DNA from: Hyphomicrobiales bacterium
GTDB taxonomy: Bacteria; Pseudomonadota; Alphaproteobacteria; Rhizobiales; JACESI01
Length of the DNA stretch: 64,000 bases
Reading direction: 5' to 3'
Assembly (NCBI GenBank): GCA_013911885.1
Contig: JACESI010000011.1
Location: 11,409-75,408, forward strand
The position numbers were made by a program, and so were the translations under genes. Position 1 is the stretch's first letter; each line of letters starts with the position of its first letter. Under the pieces are notes generated by a model that ran no database searches, was not told where the DNA came from, and saw nothing but the letters and a program-made list of their open reading frames with translations. Shown here in pieces: positions 33,562-41,959 of the stretch.

Positions 33562-35118
33562 ATGGCTGACCCTTCAGAATCGGAGACACCGCAGGCAGGC
33601 CGACGCAGCGGCGGCAGAAACGCGCGCCATGCAGCCCGTATCAGCGGCGCAATGGTCAAGAACTCCTACATAAGGCGCAAGATCCCAGCCTATGAGGTGT
33701 TCGATGAAGAAGGCGTTGCGATCATCGAAAACAACGCCGATATCATTCTGGAAGAGATCGGAATCGAGTTCCGCGATGACCCTGAATCGGTTTCGATGTG
33801 GCGCGCTGCGGGCGCGCATATCGACGGTGAACGCGTTCGCTTTCCGAAAGGCATGTTGCGCGAACTGATCCGCACCGCGCCGCGGGAATTCACCCAGTTT
33901 GCGCGCAATCCGGCCCGATCGGTCCAGATCGGCGGCAACAACACCGTGTTCGCGCCGGTCTATGGCCCGCCTTTCGTGCGCACGCTCGAAGGCGAAAGAC
34001 GCTATGCGACCATTGAGGATTTCCGCTCATTCGTGAAACTCGCCTATCTCGCTCCCGCCATGCACCATTCCGGTGGCACGGTGTGCGAGCCTGTCGATAT
34101 CCCGGTCAACAAGCGTCATCTCGATATGGTCTACAGCCATATCCGCTATTCCGATATGCCGTTCATGGGTTCGGTGACTGCCCCTGAACGGGCGCAGGAT
34201 TCGGTTGATATGGCGAAACTCGTTTTCGGCGCGGATTTTGTCGATCAGAACTGCGTTCTGCTCAATCTCATCAACGTCAACTCGCCGATGACTTATGACG
34301 CGACCATGCTCGGCTCCGCCAAGGTCTACGCCCGCAACAACCAGGCCTGCGTGATTTCGCCGTTCATTCTGGCGGGCGCCATGTCGCCGGTGACGGCGGC
34401 GGCGACCCTGACCCAGATCCTTGCCGAGGCGATGGCGGGTATGGCCTTCACCCAGCTCTGCCGGCCCGGCGCGCCTGTCGTCTTCGGCACATTCGCAAGC
34501 TCGATCTCGATGCAATCCGGCGCACCGACCTTCGGCACGCCCGAACCGGCAATGGTGCTTTATGGCGCAGCCCAGCTTGCCCGACGGCTTGGCGTTCCGT
34601 TCCGTTCAGGTGGCTCGCTCTGCGGGTCCAAAGTCGTGGACGCGCAGGCCGCCTATGAAAGCGCACAGACGATCACCCCGACGCTTCTTGCCGGAACCAA
34701 TTTCGTGCTCCACGCCGCGGGCTGGCTCGAGGGGGGGCTTGTCTCCTCATTCGAGAAATTCGTGATGGATTGCGATCAGCTCGGCATGATGCAGGCAATG
34801 GCGGGCGGCATTGACCTGACGGAAAACGGCCAGGGCCTTTCTGCCTTGCGCGAAGTCGGGCCGGGCGCTCATTTTCTCGGCTGTGCGCACACGCAGGCGA
34901 ATTTCCAGACCGCGTTTTATCGGTCGAGCCTTGCCGACAACAATTCCTATGAGCAATGGCTCGCGGATGGCGAGAACCGGATCGAGGATCGTGCCCGCAA
35001 ATCCTGCCGCAAGATGCTCGACGAATATCAGGCCCCCGCGCTCGATATCGCCGTCGATTCAGCGCTTATCGACTTCATCGACCAGAAAAAGCGCTCGATG
35101 CCCGATGCCTTCACGTGA
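33562..35118 (+). CDS. MttB-superfamily methyltransferase, non-pyrrolysine member (quaternary-amine:corrinoid methyltransferase candidate)
   Basis: Uninterrupted 518-aa ORF with no in-frame TAG. TIM-barrel MttB-like sequence throughout (YEVFDEEG...IENNADIILEEIGIEF..., NSPMTYD, FILAGAMSPVT, GAPTFGTPE). Divergent from the corrinoid-protein operon. Confidence 0.9.
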   Translation: MADPSESETPQAGRRSGGRNARHAARISGAMVKNSYIRRKIPAYEVFDEEGVAIIENNADIILEEIGIEFRDDPESVSMWRAAGAHIDGERVRFPKGMLRELIRTAPREFTQFARNPARSVQIGGNNTVFAPVYGPPFVRTLEGERRYATIEDFRSFVKLAYLAPAMHHSGGTVCEPVDIPVNKRHLDMVYSHIRYSDMPFMGSVTAPERAQDSVDMAKLVFGADFVDQNCVLLNLINVNSPMTYDATMLGSAKVYARNNQACVISPFILAGAMSPVTAAATLTQILAEAMAGMAFTQLCRPGAPVVFGTFASSISMQSGAPTFGTPEPAMVLYGAAQLARRLGVPFRSGGSLCGSKVVDAQAAYESAQTITPTLLAGTNFVLHAAGWLEGGLVSSFEKFVMDCDQLGMMQAMAGGIDLTENGQGLSALREVGPGAHFLGCAHTQANFQTAFYRSSLADNNSYEQWLADGENRIEDRARKSCRKMLDEYQAPALDIAVDSALIDFIDQKKRSMPDAFT

Positions 35119-35235
35119 AAGGCAGGCGATGCCGTTCCGAGGATCGCGCAATCGGAAGGGTTCAAGCTGCACTATGAGGTGGTGCGAAGAGCGTTCAAGC
35201 CCTACGAATAAGAGCTTTGCCTGGATTGAAAAACC

Positions 35236-36273
35236 TCAGGCTTCTGCCCGTCGGCGCCCGCGACGTTCGCGGCGCGGTGCGGTACCATCATCTCTTGCCG
35301 GCGGCGCGACGAGTTTGCCGATTTTCTCGACAATTGCCTCAATCGTCGGACGCTCCGCGCGCTGATAGCGGTCGAGCGCATCACGCATGGCTTTCACATG
35401 CTCGGGCTTTGTCCCGCAACAGCCGCCAATGATCCGCACACCTGCATCCGCCGCCATGGCGATATAATCAGCCATGAGATCGGGGGTGCCGGTATAGACC
35501 GTGGTCGCGCCTTTGACGACGGGAATGCCGCAATTTGCTTTGGCGACAATGATCGCTTCCGGCGCAGCATCGGTCATTGACAGGACCGAGACCAGAAGAT
35601 CGGAAGCCCCGACGCCGCAATTCGCGCCAAAGGCAAGCGGCTTGCCGGGAAGGGCATGTGCGAGTTCCGCAAGGGCTGCCGGAGCGAGACCCATCATGGT
35701 CTTTCCTGCCGTGTCGAAACTCGCGGTGAAGACATAGGCAATGCCGACCTCGACCGCTGCTTCCGCAGCCGCCTGAATTTCGTCGGCGGCAGACATTGTT
35801 TCGATCCACGCGACATCGGCGCCGCCATCCTTGAGGCCACGCATCTGTTCTTTGAAGGCATTGCGTGCGTCGGTCAGTGTCATCGCGCCGAGCGGCACGA
35901 AAAGTTCGCCGGTCGGGCCGACTGAACCGGCGACAATCACCGGCCGCTCCGCCTTTTCCGCCACACGGGAGGCAATTTCCGCGCCGGCCCGGTTGATTTC
36001 ATAGGTTTGATTTTCCGCCTTGTGCAATTTCAGGCGCGGCGCGTTGGCACCGAATGTGTTGGTCAGAATGATATCCGAACCTGCATCGACAAACATCTGA
36101 TGCAGGGCTTCCGGCTTGTGCGGCTCGCTGACATTCCAAAGATCCGGTGGAAACCCCGGCTCCAGCCCCATTTCCATGAAATTGGTCCCGGTCGCTCCAT
36201 CGGCGAGAAGGATCTGCTTTTCATTCAAAAGCGCTTGAAGCGAGCTGCGCATGGCGATTGTCCGTTTCGTCAA
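35236..36273 (-). CDS. Homocysteine S-methyltransferase-domain protein (MetH N-terminal module / BHMT-like)
   Basis: 345 aa. Hcy-binding barrel (LLADGATGTN..., IILTNTFGAN) with zinc-ligand cysteines (NCG... and GGCCGT). Confidence 0.85.
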   Translation of the reverse strand: MTKRTIAMRSSLQALLNEKQILLADGATGTNFMEMGLEPGFPPDLWNVSEPHKPEALHQMFVDAGSDIILTNTFGANAPRLKLHKAENQTYEINRAGAEIASRVAEKAERPVIVAGSVGPTGELFVPLGAMTLTDARNAFKEQMRGLKDGGADVAWIETMSAADEIQAAAEAAVEVGIAYVFTASFDTAGKTMMGLAPAALAELAHALPGKPLAFGANCGVGASDLLVSVLSMTDAAPEAIIVAKANCGIPVVKGATTVYTGTPDLMADYIAMAADAGVRIIGGCCGTKPEHVKAMRDALDRYQRAERPTIEAIVEKIGKLVAPPARDDGTAPRRERRGRRRAEA

Positions 36274-36410
36274 GAGATGACATAAGGATATAAGAAAATC
36301 TTTATGTGAAGTTCTGGCTTTATCATAACTCTGCCCTTACTTGCAAAAAGAATCCTTTGCAGTGAATAAGAAATTGTGTGAGCTGAACCCTTGGCAAGAC
36401 AGGCGCGACC

Positions 36411-37898
36411 ATGGCCGAAAACGAGAATACCGCAATTCAGCATACCGAAAACCCGCTCCCGCAGGAGCCGAACCGGATGGAGCGGCTTGCGGTTCTGCCG
36501 GTGTTCTGGAAGCTTGCCGGGCGGCGGGTGCTGCTTGCGGGTGGTTCGCAGGGCGCGGCATGGAAAGCGGAACTTCTCGCAGCGAGCGGTGCGCATGTTC
36601 TGCTGGTTTCGCCCACGATTTCTGATGAAATGGCGGCCCTGATCACGCGCGGTGCGGCGGAGGGCATGATCACCCATGCAGCGCGCCCCTGGTCGATCCA
36701 TGATTTCACAAATATCGCGCTCGCGCTCGCCGATCCTGAAACCGATGCTGAGGCGCAAGCTTTTTACTGCGCGGCAAAGGCTGCGAAAGTGCCGGTCAAT
36801 GTGATCGACAATCCGAAATATTGCGAATTTCAGTTCGGCACGATCGTGAACCGGTCGCCGGTCGTTGTCGGTATATCGACGGATGGTGCAGCGCCGATCC
36901 TCGGTCAGGCGATCCGTCGCAAGATCGAGACGCTTCTGCCCGCGGCACTCGCCGAGGCCGGCGCGCTCGCCAAGGCATTCCGCACCACGCTTCAGGAGCT
37001 TGTACCGGACAAACCCGCACGCCGGATTTTCTGGGAAGGCTTCGTCGAGCGCGCTTTCAGGGCTGAAAAGGTGGATGAGACTGTTCTGCTCGCCATGGCA
37101 AAGCAAACCGCAAGGGGTGCCGAGCATGAACGCGCGGGCTTTGTCTCTCTCGTCGGCGCCGGGCCGGGAGATGCCGATCTTCTGACCGTCAAGGCGATCC
37201 GGGTGCTTCAGGGTGCGGATGTCATTCTTTTCGACGATCTTTCCTCGCCCGCGATTCTCGAGCTTGCCCGCCGTGAAGCGGACCGTCTTTATGTCGGCAA
37301 GCGTGGCGGGCGGAAATCCTGCAGCCAGGTCGAAATCAACCGTATGATGGTTGATCTTGCCCGCGCCGGTAAACGCGTCGTTCGGTTGAAAGGTGGCGAT
37401 CCGATGATTTTCGGCCGCGCCGGCGAGGAAATCAGCGATCTCATCGCGGCAGAAATTCCGTTTGAAGTCGTCCCCGGTGTGACAGCTGCCTCGGGCGCGG
37501 CGGCGAGCATCGGTGTCTCGCTCACCCATCGCGACCACGCCCAGTCGGTGCGCTTCGTCACCGGCCATTCGAAAAGCGGCAAAGTGCCGGAAAACCTTCA
37601 CTGGCAGGGCATGGCATCCGGCGATACGACGCTTGTGTTTTACATGGCAAGCCGCACCGGCCATGAAGTATCGGCCAATCTCATGAAACACGGCATGGAC
37701 GGGCAGACACCGGTCGTCATCGTTGCGAATGTTAGCCGTGACAATGAGCGCGTCTGGAAGGGCACGCTTGCGACGCTCACCGATGGCATCAATGCTGTTT
37801 CACGGGGTGATCCGGTCGTGATCGGAGTCGGGACCGTGTTCTCGCTATATGAGCCGGGGCGGATGCTGCCGTTTCAACTGCCGCTCGCAGCCGAGTGA
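36411..37898 (+). CDS. cysG: Siroheme synthase (precorrin-2 dehydrogenase/ferrochelatase + uroporphyrinogen-III C-methyltransferase)
   Basis: N-terminal Rossmann fold (VLLAGGSQGA) and C-terminal SUMT domain (VSLVGAGPGDADLLTVKA..., VRLKGGDPMIFGR). The start could instead be the internal ATG at 36477. Confidence 0.9.
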   Translation: MAENENTAIQHTENPLPQEPNRMERLAVLPVFWKLAGRRVLLAGGSQGAAWKAELLAASGAHVLLVSPTISDEMAALITRGAAEGMITHAARPWSIHDFTNIALALADPETDAEAQAFYCAAKAAKVPVNVIDNPKYCEFQFGTIVNRSPVVVGISTDGAAPILGQAIRRKIETLLPAALAEAGALAKAFRTTLQELVPDKPARRIFWEGFVERAFRAEKVDETVLLAMAKQTARGAEHERAGFVSLVGAGPGDADLLTVKAIRVLQGADVILFDDLSSPAILELARREADRLYVGKRGGRKSCSQVEINRMMVDLARAGKRVVRLKGGDPMIFGRAGEEISDLIAAEIPFEVVPGVTAASGAAASIGVSLTHRDHAQSVRFVTGHSKSGKVPENLHWQGMASGDTTLVFYMASRTGHEVSANLMKHGMDGQTPVVIVANVSRDNERVWKGTLATLTDGINAVSRGDPVVIGVGTVFSLYEPGRMLPFQLPLAAE

Positions 37899-38011
37899 GC
37901 CTTCTGGCGGTTCCTGACAAATCGATCTTTGACCGCGGGCGGTGAAGCTCTTAATGTTCTCGCACTCAGCCTGCCTTCTTGCCTCACCCCTCTTCAAAAC
38001 CGGTTCCGTTC

Positions 38012-39277
38012 ATGCCGCAATTCTCTCCCCGCCAGTTTCTTGCCGATCTTTTTCATGCTGCCGTTGCGGCGGCGGACCCGTCCGTCATGCTCAGGAATTA
38101 TCTGCCGGAACCGCCCAAGGGCCGACTTGTCGTCGTCGGAGCGGGCAAGGCATCGGCGCATATGGCAGCAGCCCTCGAGGCAGCCTATCCCGGACCGCTT
38201 ACGGGGCTTGTCGTCACGCGCCATGGCTCGGCGGTGCCCTGCGCGCGGATCGAGATCGTGGAAGCCGCGCATCCCGTGCCGGATCAAGGAAGTTTTGACG
38301 CGGCGCGCCGGATGCTCGCCATGGTCGAGGGCCTCGGCGCGGATGACACGGTGCTTGCATTGATCACAGGAGGTGGCTCGTCGCTTCTCTGCCTTCCGCC
38401 TGAGGGTGTCCCCGCAGGGGACAAGCAGGCGGTCAATGGCGAACTTCTGCGCTCGGGTGCGACCATCCATGAAATGAACTGTGTGCGCAAGCACGTCTCG
38501 CGCATCAAGGGCGGAAGGCTCGCGGCTCAGGCGCATCCGGCGCGGGTGGTGACCCTCGTGATTTCAGATATTCCAGGCGATGATCCGTCGCTGGTTGCGA
38601 GTGGTCCGACCGTGCCAAGTGCTGCAACCCGAAATGACGCCCATGACATTATCCGGCGTTACGCAATGGCTCTCCCGGAAAGCGTGACCGCCTGGATGGC
38701 GTGTGCTGACGCCGACGCGCCCCGCCCTGATGACCCGGCCTTTGATCGCGACACGGTGCATGTCATCGCCGCTGCCCAGATGTCGCTTGAAGCCGCAGCC
38801 GAAAAAGCCCGCGAGGCGGGGATCACGCCTTATATTCTGAGTGATGCAATCGAGGGCGAGGCATCGGATGTCGGTGAAGTTCTGGCGGCGATCACCCGCC
38901 AGTGCGCGCTGCGCGGCCAGCCTTTCACGCGGCCCTGTGTCATCCTCTCAGGTGGCGAGACGACGGTGACTGTGCGCCACAAGGGCAAAGGCGGGCGAAA
39001 CAGCGAACTTCTTCTTGCTGCCGCCTTCGGCCTGCAAGGGCTTTCCCATGTGCATGCGCTCGCCGCCGACACCGACGGGATCGATGGTTCCGAGAACAAT
39101 GCAGGCGCGTTCGCTGACGGCGACACCATCCGCCGTTTGCAGGAAAAAGGCCTGAAGCCGAAAGATTATCTCGCCGGAAATGATGCCTATAGCGCGTTTG
39201 AAGCGGACGGCGCGCTCTTCGTCCCCGGCGCGACAAGCACCAATGTGAACGATTTCCGCGCCTTTCTCGTTCTATAG
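38012..39277 (+). CDS. Glycerate 2-kinase / hydroxypyruvate-reductase-type protein (DUF4147 + MOFRL domains)
   Basis: Start trimmed to ATG 38012. Has VVGAGKAS, ITGGGSSLL, ISDIPGDDP, LSGGETTVTV...GKGGRN and TDGIDG signatures. Confidence 0.85.
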   Translation: MPQFSPRQFLADLFHAAVAAADPSVMLRNYLPEPPKGRLVVVGAGKASAHMAAALEAAYPGPLTGLVVTRHGSAVPCARIEIVEAAHPVPDQGSFDAARRMLAMVEGLGADDTVLALITGGGSSLLCLPPEGVPAGDKQAVNGELLRSGATIHEMNCVRKHVSRIKGGRLAAQAHPARVVTLVISDIPGDDPSLVASGPTVPSAATRNDAHDIIRRYAMALPESVTAWMACADADAPRPDDPAFDRDTVHVIAAAQMSLEAAAEKAREAGITPYILSDAIEGEASDVGEVLAAITRQCALRGQPFTRPCVILSGGETTVTVRHKGKGGRNSELLLAAAFGLQGLSHVHALAADTDGIDGSENNAGAFADGDTIRRLQEKGLKPKDYLAGNDAYSAFEADGALFVPGATSTNVNDFRAFLVL

Positions 39278-39332
39278 TCGAAAAGTCACGCCGGTTTGCG
39301 CGGCGCGGCTTTTGAGGTCAGGATTTTGATGC

Positions 39333-39740
39333 CTATTTCTTGTCGATCGCAAGCTGACCCGCGCCATGGGCAACGACCATCAGAAGGCCGCCGGCAATCG
39401 CCAGATTTTTCATGAACATGATGGATTGGATCTGATCGGCAAAATTGGCGTGGAAGACGATGGCGCTCGAGATCGAGAACCCGGCAAGAAGCAAGGCCGC
39501 GATGCGTGTCTGAAAGCCAACAGCAAGCGCAAGTCCGCCGCCGATTTCAACGGCGATCACGAGCGGAAGCAGAATGCCCGGAATGCCAAAGGCTTCCATA
39601 TAGGCTTGTGTACCGGCATAGCCCGTAATTTTCGACATGCCGGCTGATATAAAAATTGCAGCCATCAGCACGCGCCCGAGCGGGGCCGCGAATTTGGCAA
39701 GTCCGTCAATCTTGTTTGTCATCGTATCAATCTGTTCCAT
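39333..39740 (-). CDS. DoxX family membrane protein
   Basis: Start placed at ATG 39740, 5 nt downstream of GGAGA. About 135 aa with four hydrophobic helices (RVLMAAIFISAGMSKI...). Confidence 0.75.
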   Translation of the reverse strand: MEQIDTMTNKIDGLAKFAAPLGRVLMAAIFISAGMSKITGYAGTQAYMEAFGIPGILLPLVIAVEIGGGLALAVGFQTRIAALLLAGFSISSAIVFHANFADQIQSIMFMKNLAIAGGLLMVVAHGAGQLAIDKK

Positions 39741-39947
39741 TTCACTCTCCGTTCCATCTTGGTTAAAAGCATCGGTTTTCATGGAACCAGTGCCGCCTTT
39801 CGGCTATTTGACCGTTGAAAGGCATGACCGGTTCCCACCGCCTGCCGAAACCCTATATGAATGCGTCTGACCAATGTTCCTGTGAACAGTCTTTCAAATG
39901 AAGTGAACGATCAGCCCGCGCCGGGTCGAATGAAAGGAAATGATCAA

Positions 39948-40394
39948 ATGGGCACACAATATCTGCACACCATGGTCCGCGTGAAGGACATTGAACAGTC
40001 AAAGCGGTTTTACTGCGATCTTCTCGGCATGAAGGAAGTCCGCCGGGTGGAAAACGAGAAAGGCCGGTTCACGCTGGTTTTCCTCGCCGCTGACGATGAT
40101 GTCGAGAGCTTCCGCAAGTCCTCCGCGCCTGCCGTGGAACTGACCTATAACTGGGACCCGGAAGACTATTCAGGCGGTCGAAATTTCGGCCATCTCGCCT
40201 ACAGCGTCGACAATATCTACGCGACCTGCCAGCATATTCTCGACAAGGGCTGGACCCTGAACCGCCCGCCGCGGGATGGCCGCATGGCCTTCATCGTGTC
40301 GCCGGACGGCATTTCCGTCGAACTGTTGCAGCGCGGCGATGCGCTTCCACTGGCCGAACCATGGACAAGCATGGAAAATATCGGTTCCTGGTAA
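39948..40394 (+). CDS. gloA: Lactoylglutathione lyase (glyoxalase I)
   Basis: Start trimmed to ATG 39948 (MGTQYLHTMVRVKDIEQSKRFY...). About 148 aa VOC fold with ELTYNW...GHLAY. Confidence 0.9.
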   Translation: MGTQYLHTMVRVKDIEQSKRFYCDLLGMKEVRRVENEKGRFTLVFLAADDDVESFRKSSAPAVELTYNWDPEDYSGGRNFGHLAYSVDNIYATCQHILDKGWTLNRPPRDGRMAFIVSPDGISVELLQRGDALPLAEPWTSMENIGSW

Positions 40395-40421
40395 ACATCG
40401 CCCGTCTAGGGCGCGGGTTAA

Positions 40422-40453
40422 AAGCGTGGGTGGCGAAGTCCTCACCCACGCTT
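40422..40453. terminator. Bidirectional hairpin between convergent gloA and bacA
   Basis: AAGCGTGGGTG (40422-40432) pairs with CACCCACGCTT (40443-40453), giving an 11-bp stem. Confidence 0.5.
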
Positions 40454-40462
40454 GATGCAGCC

Positions 40463-41710
40463 TCAGCCCGTAACCAGAGACATGCTCTGATTGAGCGGCT
40501 CGCGCTTGATGTTCAACTCGAACGCCCTGAGGCGTTTGAACACCGAAATGAGCTCGACGATCCGGGTCCATGAATTGGCGAGGAACTGGAAAGCACCCTC
40601 CACCTGATTGAAGGCGTTCATGACCTGCTGGAACAGGCCGAACGTGATGACGCCGGTGACGATTGTCGGCCCGAGCGCAAAAAATGGAATGAAAACAGAG
40701 CCTTGCAGATAAGCATAGCGCGCGACATTGAAATAGAGATAGTGGAAATAATAGCGGAAATAGAACTTCCGCAGGTTATGAAACAATTGCGCCGCGGTCA
40801 GAGGTTCTGCCCGGTCAGCATGATCCTCGCCATAGACGAGTTCCTTGCGATAGGCAGCTTCGACTTTCTGGTTTTCAAACTCGAGGCCTGGCAGCCTGTA
40901 GCCGACAGCCGCGAGGACAACCGTCCCGAGAAGCGCTGAGAGAATGGCGAGATAAACAAGGCCGCCATTCACCGGTCCGATGAGTGGATATGTGGTGATC
41001 TTCTCAGACAGGGTCAGAAGAAGTGGCAGGAACGCGATCAGCGTCATGATTGAGCGGACAAAGGAAATCCCGAGGGATTCCATGATCGACGAGAAAATCC
41101 GCGTGTCTTCCTGAACACGCTGCGAAGCGCCCTCGATGTGGCGCACATCCTGCCAGTTCTCCATGTAGAAATTGTTCATGGCCATGCGCCAGCGGAACAG
41201 ATAATGCGATGTGAAGAAATCGAGCATGATGATGAAAGTGATATACGGAACCAGCACGAAGGCGGCGGAGGAGAGCTGTAGATAATAATCGCTGATCTGA
41301 ACCGTGTTGGGCGTGGTCAGGGCGTTCTGGATCAGATCATAAAAGCCGCCATACCAGTCGTTCAGCCATACGCTGATCTGGACGTTGAAATAGGTCGAGA
41401 CCATGAGAAAAGCCGAGCCGACGACAGACCACCAGTACCAGATGTTCCGATTGAAAAAGGCCCAGAAAATACAAAAGGCAATCGTCGCCATCAGGATGAA
41501 TTGATAGGTCCAGAGCTTGTCTGCCGAGAAGAAGGGCGGCCGTGTGCCCTCAGGAAGTTCAGCCGGTGCGGGACCAACGAGCAAAGCACCGATATTGATA
41601 TAATTCTTGAGTGTATCGCCGAGTGTGAACCAGAGCACGAAGCAGATTGTCGTCCAGATGACGGCCGACAGGAAAAACAGGCTGGGCACCGGGAAAAAAG
41701 AGCGAAACAA
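40463..41710 (-). CDS. bacA: SbmA/BacA-family inner-membrane peptide transporter
   Basis: 415 aa. Opens MFRSFFPVPSLFF... and has a multi-TM body like rhizobial BacA/E. coli SbmA, with no ATPase domain. Confidence 0.85.
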   Translation of the reverse strand: MFRSFFPVPSLFFLSAVIWTTICFVLWFTLGDTLKNYINIGALLVGPAPAELPEGTRPPFFSADKLWTYQFILMATIAFCIFWAFFNRNIWYWWSVVGSAFLMVSTYFNVQISVWLNDWYGGFYDLIQNALTTPNTVQISDYYLQLSSAAFVLVPYITFIIMLDFFTSHYLFRWRMAMNNFYMENWQDVRHIEGASQRVQEDTRIFSSIMESLGISFVRSIMTLIAFLPLLLTLSEKITTYPLIGPVNGGLVYLAILSALLGTVVLAAVGYRLPGLEFENQKVEAAYRKELVYGEDHADRAEPLTAAQLFHNLRKFYFRYYFHYLYFNVARYAYLQGSVFIPFFALGPTIVTGVITFGLFQQVMNAFNQVEGAFQFLANSWTRIVELISVFKRLRAFELNIKREPLNQSMSLVTG

Positions 41711-41785
41711 GCCATGATCCTTTCAGGGATAATGCGTCAGGAAGCCATCATGCCGACGCACGGTAAGGCGGCCGCGACTTTCGCG

Positions 41786-41821
41786 CCGGAGCTTAGCCCG
41801 GAGCTTAGCCCGGAGCTTAGC
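41786..41821. repeat. Perfect tandem 12-bp repeat x3 (CCGGAGCTTAGC)
   Basis: Read directly. Lies 76-111 nt upstream of the bacA ATG (minus strand) and downstream of the cytochrome b561 gene. Confidence 0.9.
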
Positions 41822-41959
41822 AAGGAAGCGGGCAAGGTAAAGGCTTTTCGCAGCGCGGCTAGTATACCCCACAGCAATCTTGGGTAAGGAAGGAACGCAC
41901 CGGTCACGCGCGCTGCCGTCGATAAACAAGCCTTTACAGGTGGCTGAAACAATGCGCGA

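Noticed and set aside
33562-33660. Twin-arginine (Tat) signal peptide at the MttB N-terminus (GRRSGGRNARHAAR)
   Set aside because: No hydrophobic h-region or signal-peptidase site follows the arginines. Similar Arg-rich peptides sit at C-termini of neighbouring cytoplasmic enzymes, which a Tat signal cannot explain.
33562-35118. Genuine pyrrolysine-dependent trimethylamine methyltransferase (MttB sensu stricto)
   Set aside because: The ORF is continuous with no in-frame amber codon, and no pyl genes are nearby. This fits the non-Pyl (betaine-type) branch instead.
36270-37691. 473-aa minus-strand ORF antisense to cysG
   Set aside because: Shadow ORF with no recognisable motifs. The opposite strand encodes an unmistakable siroheme synthase.
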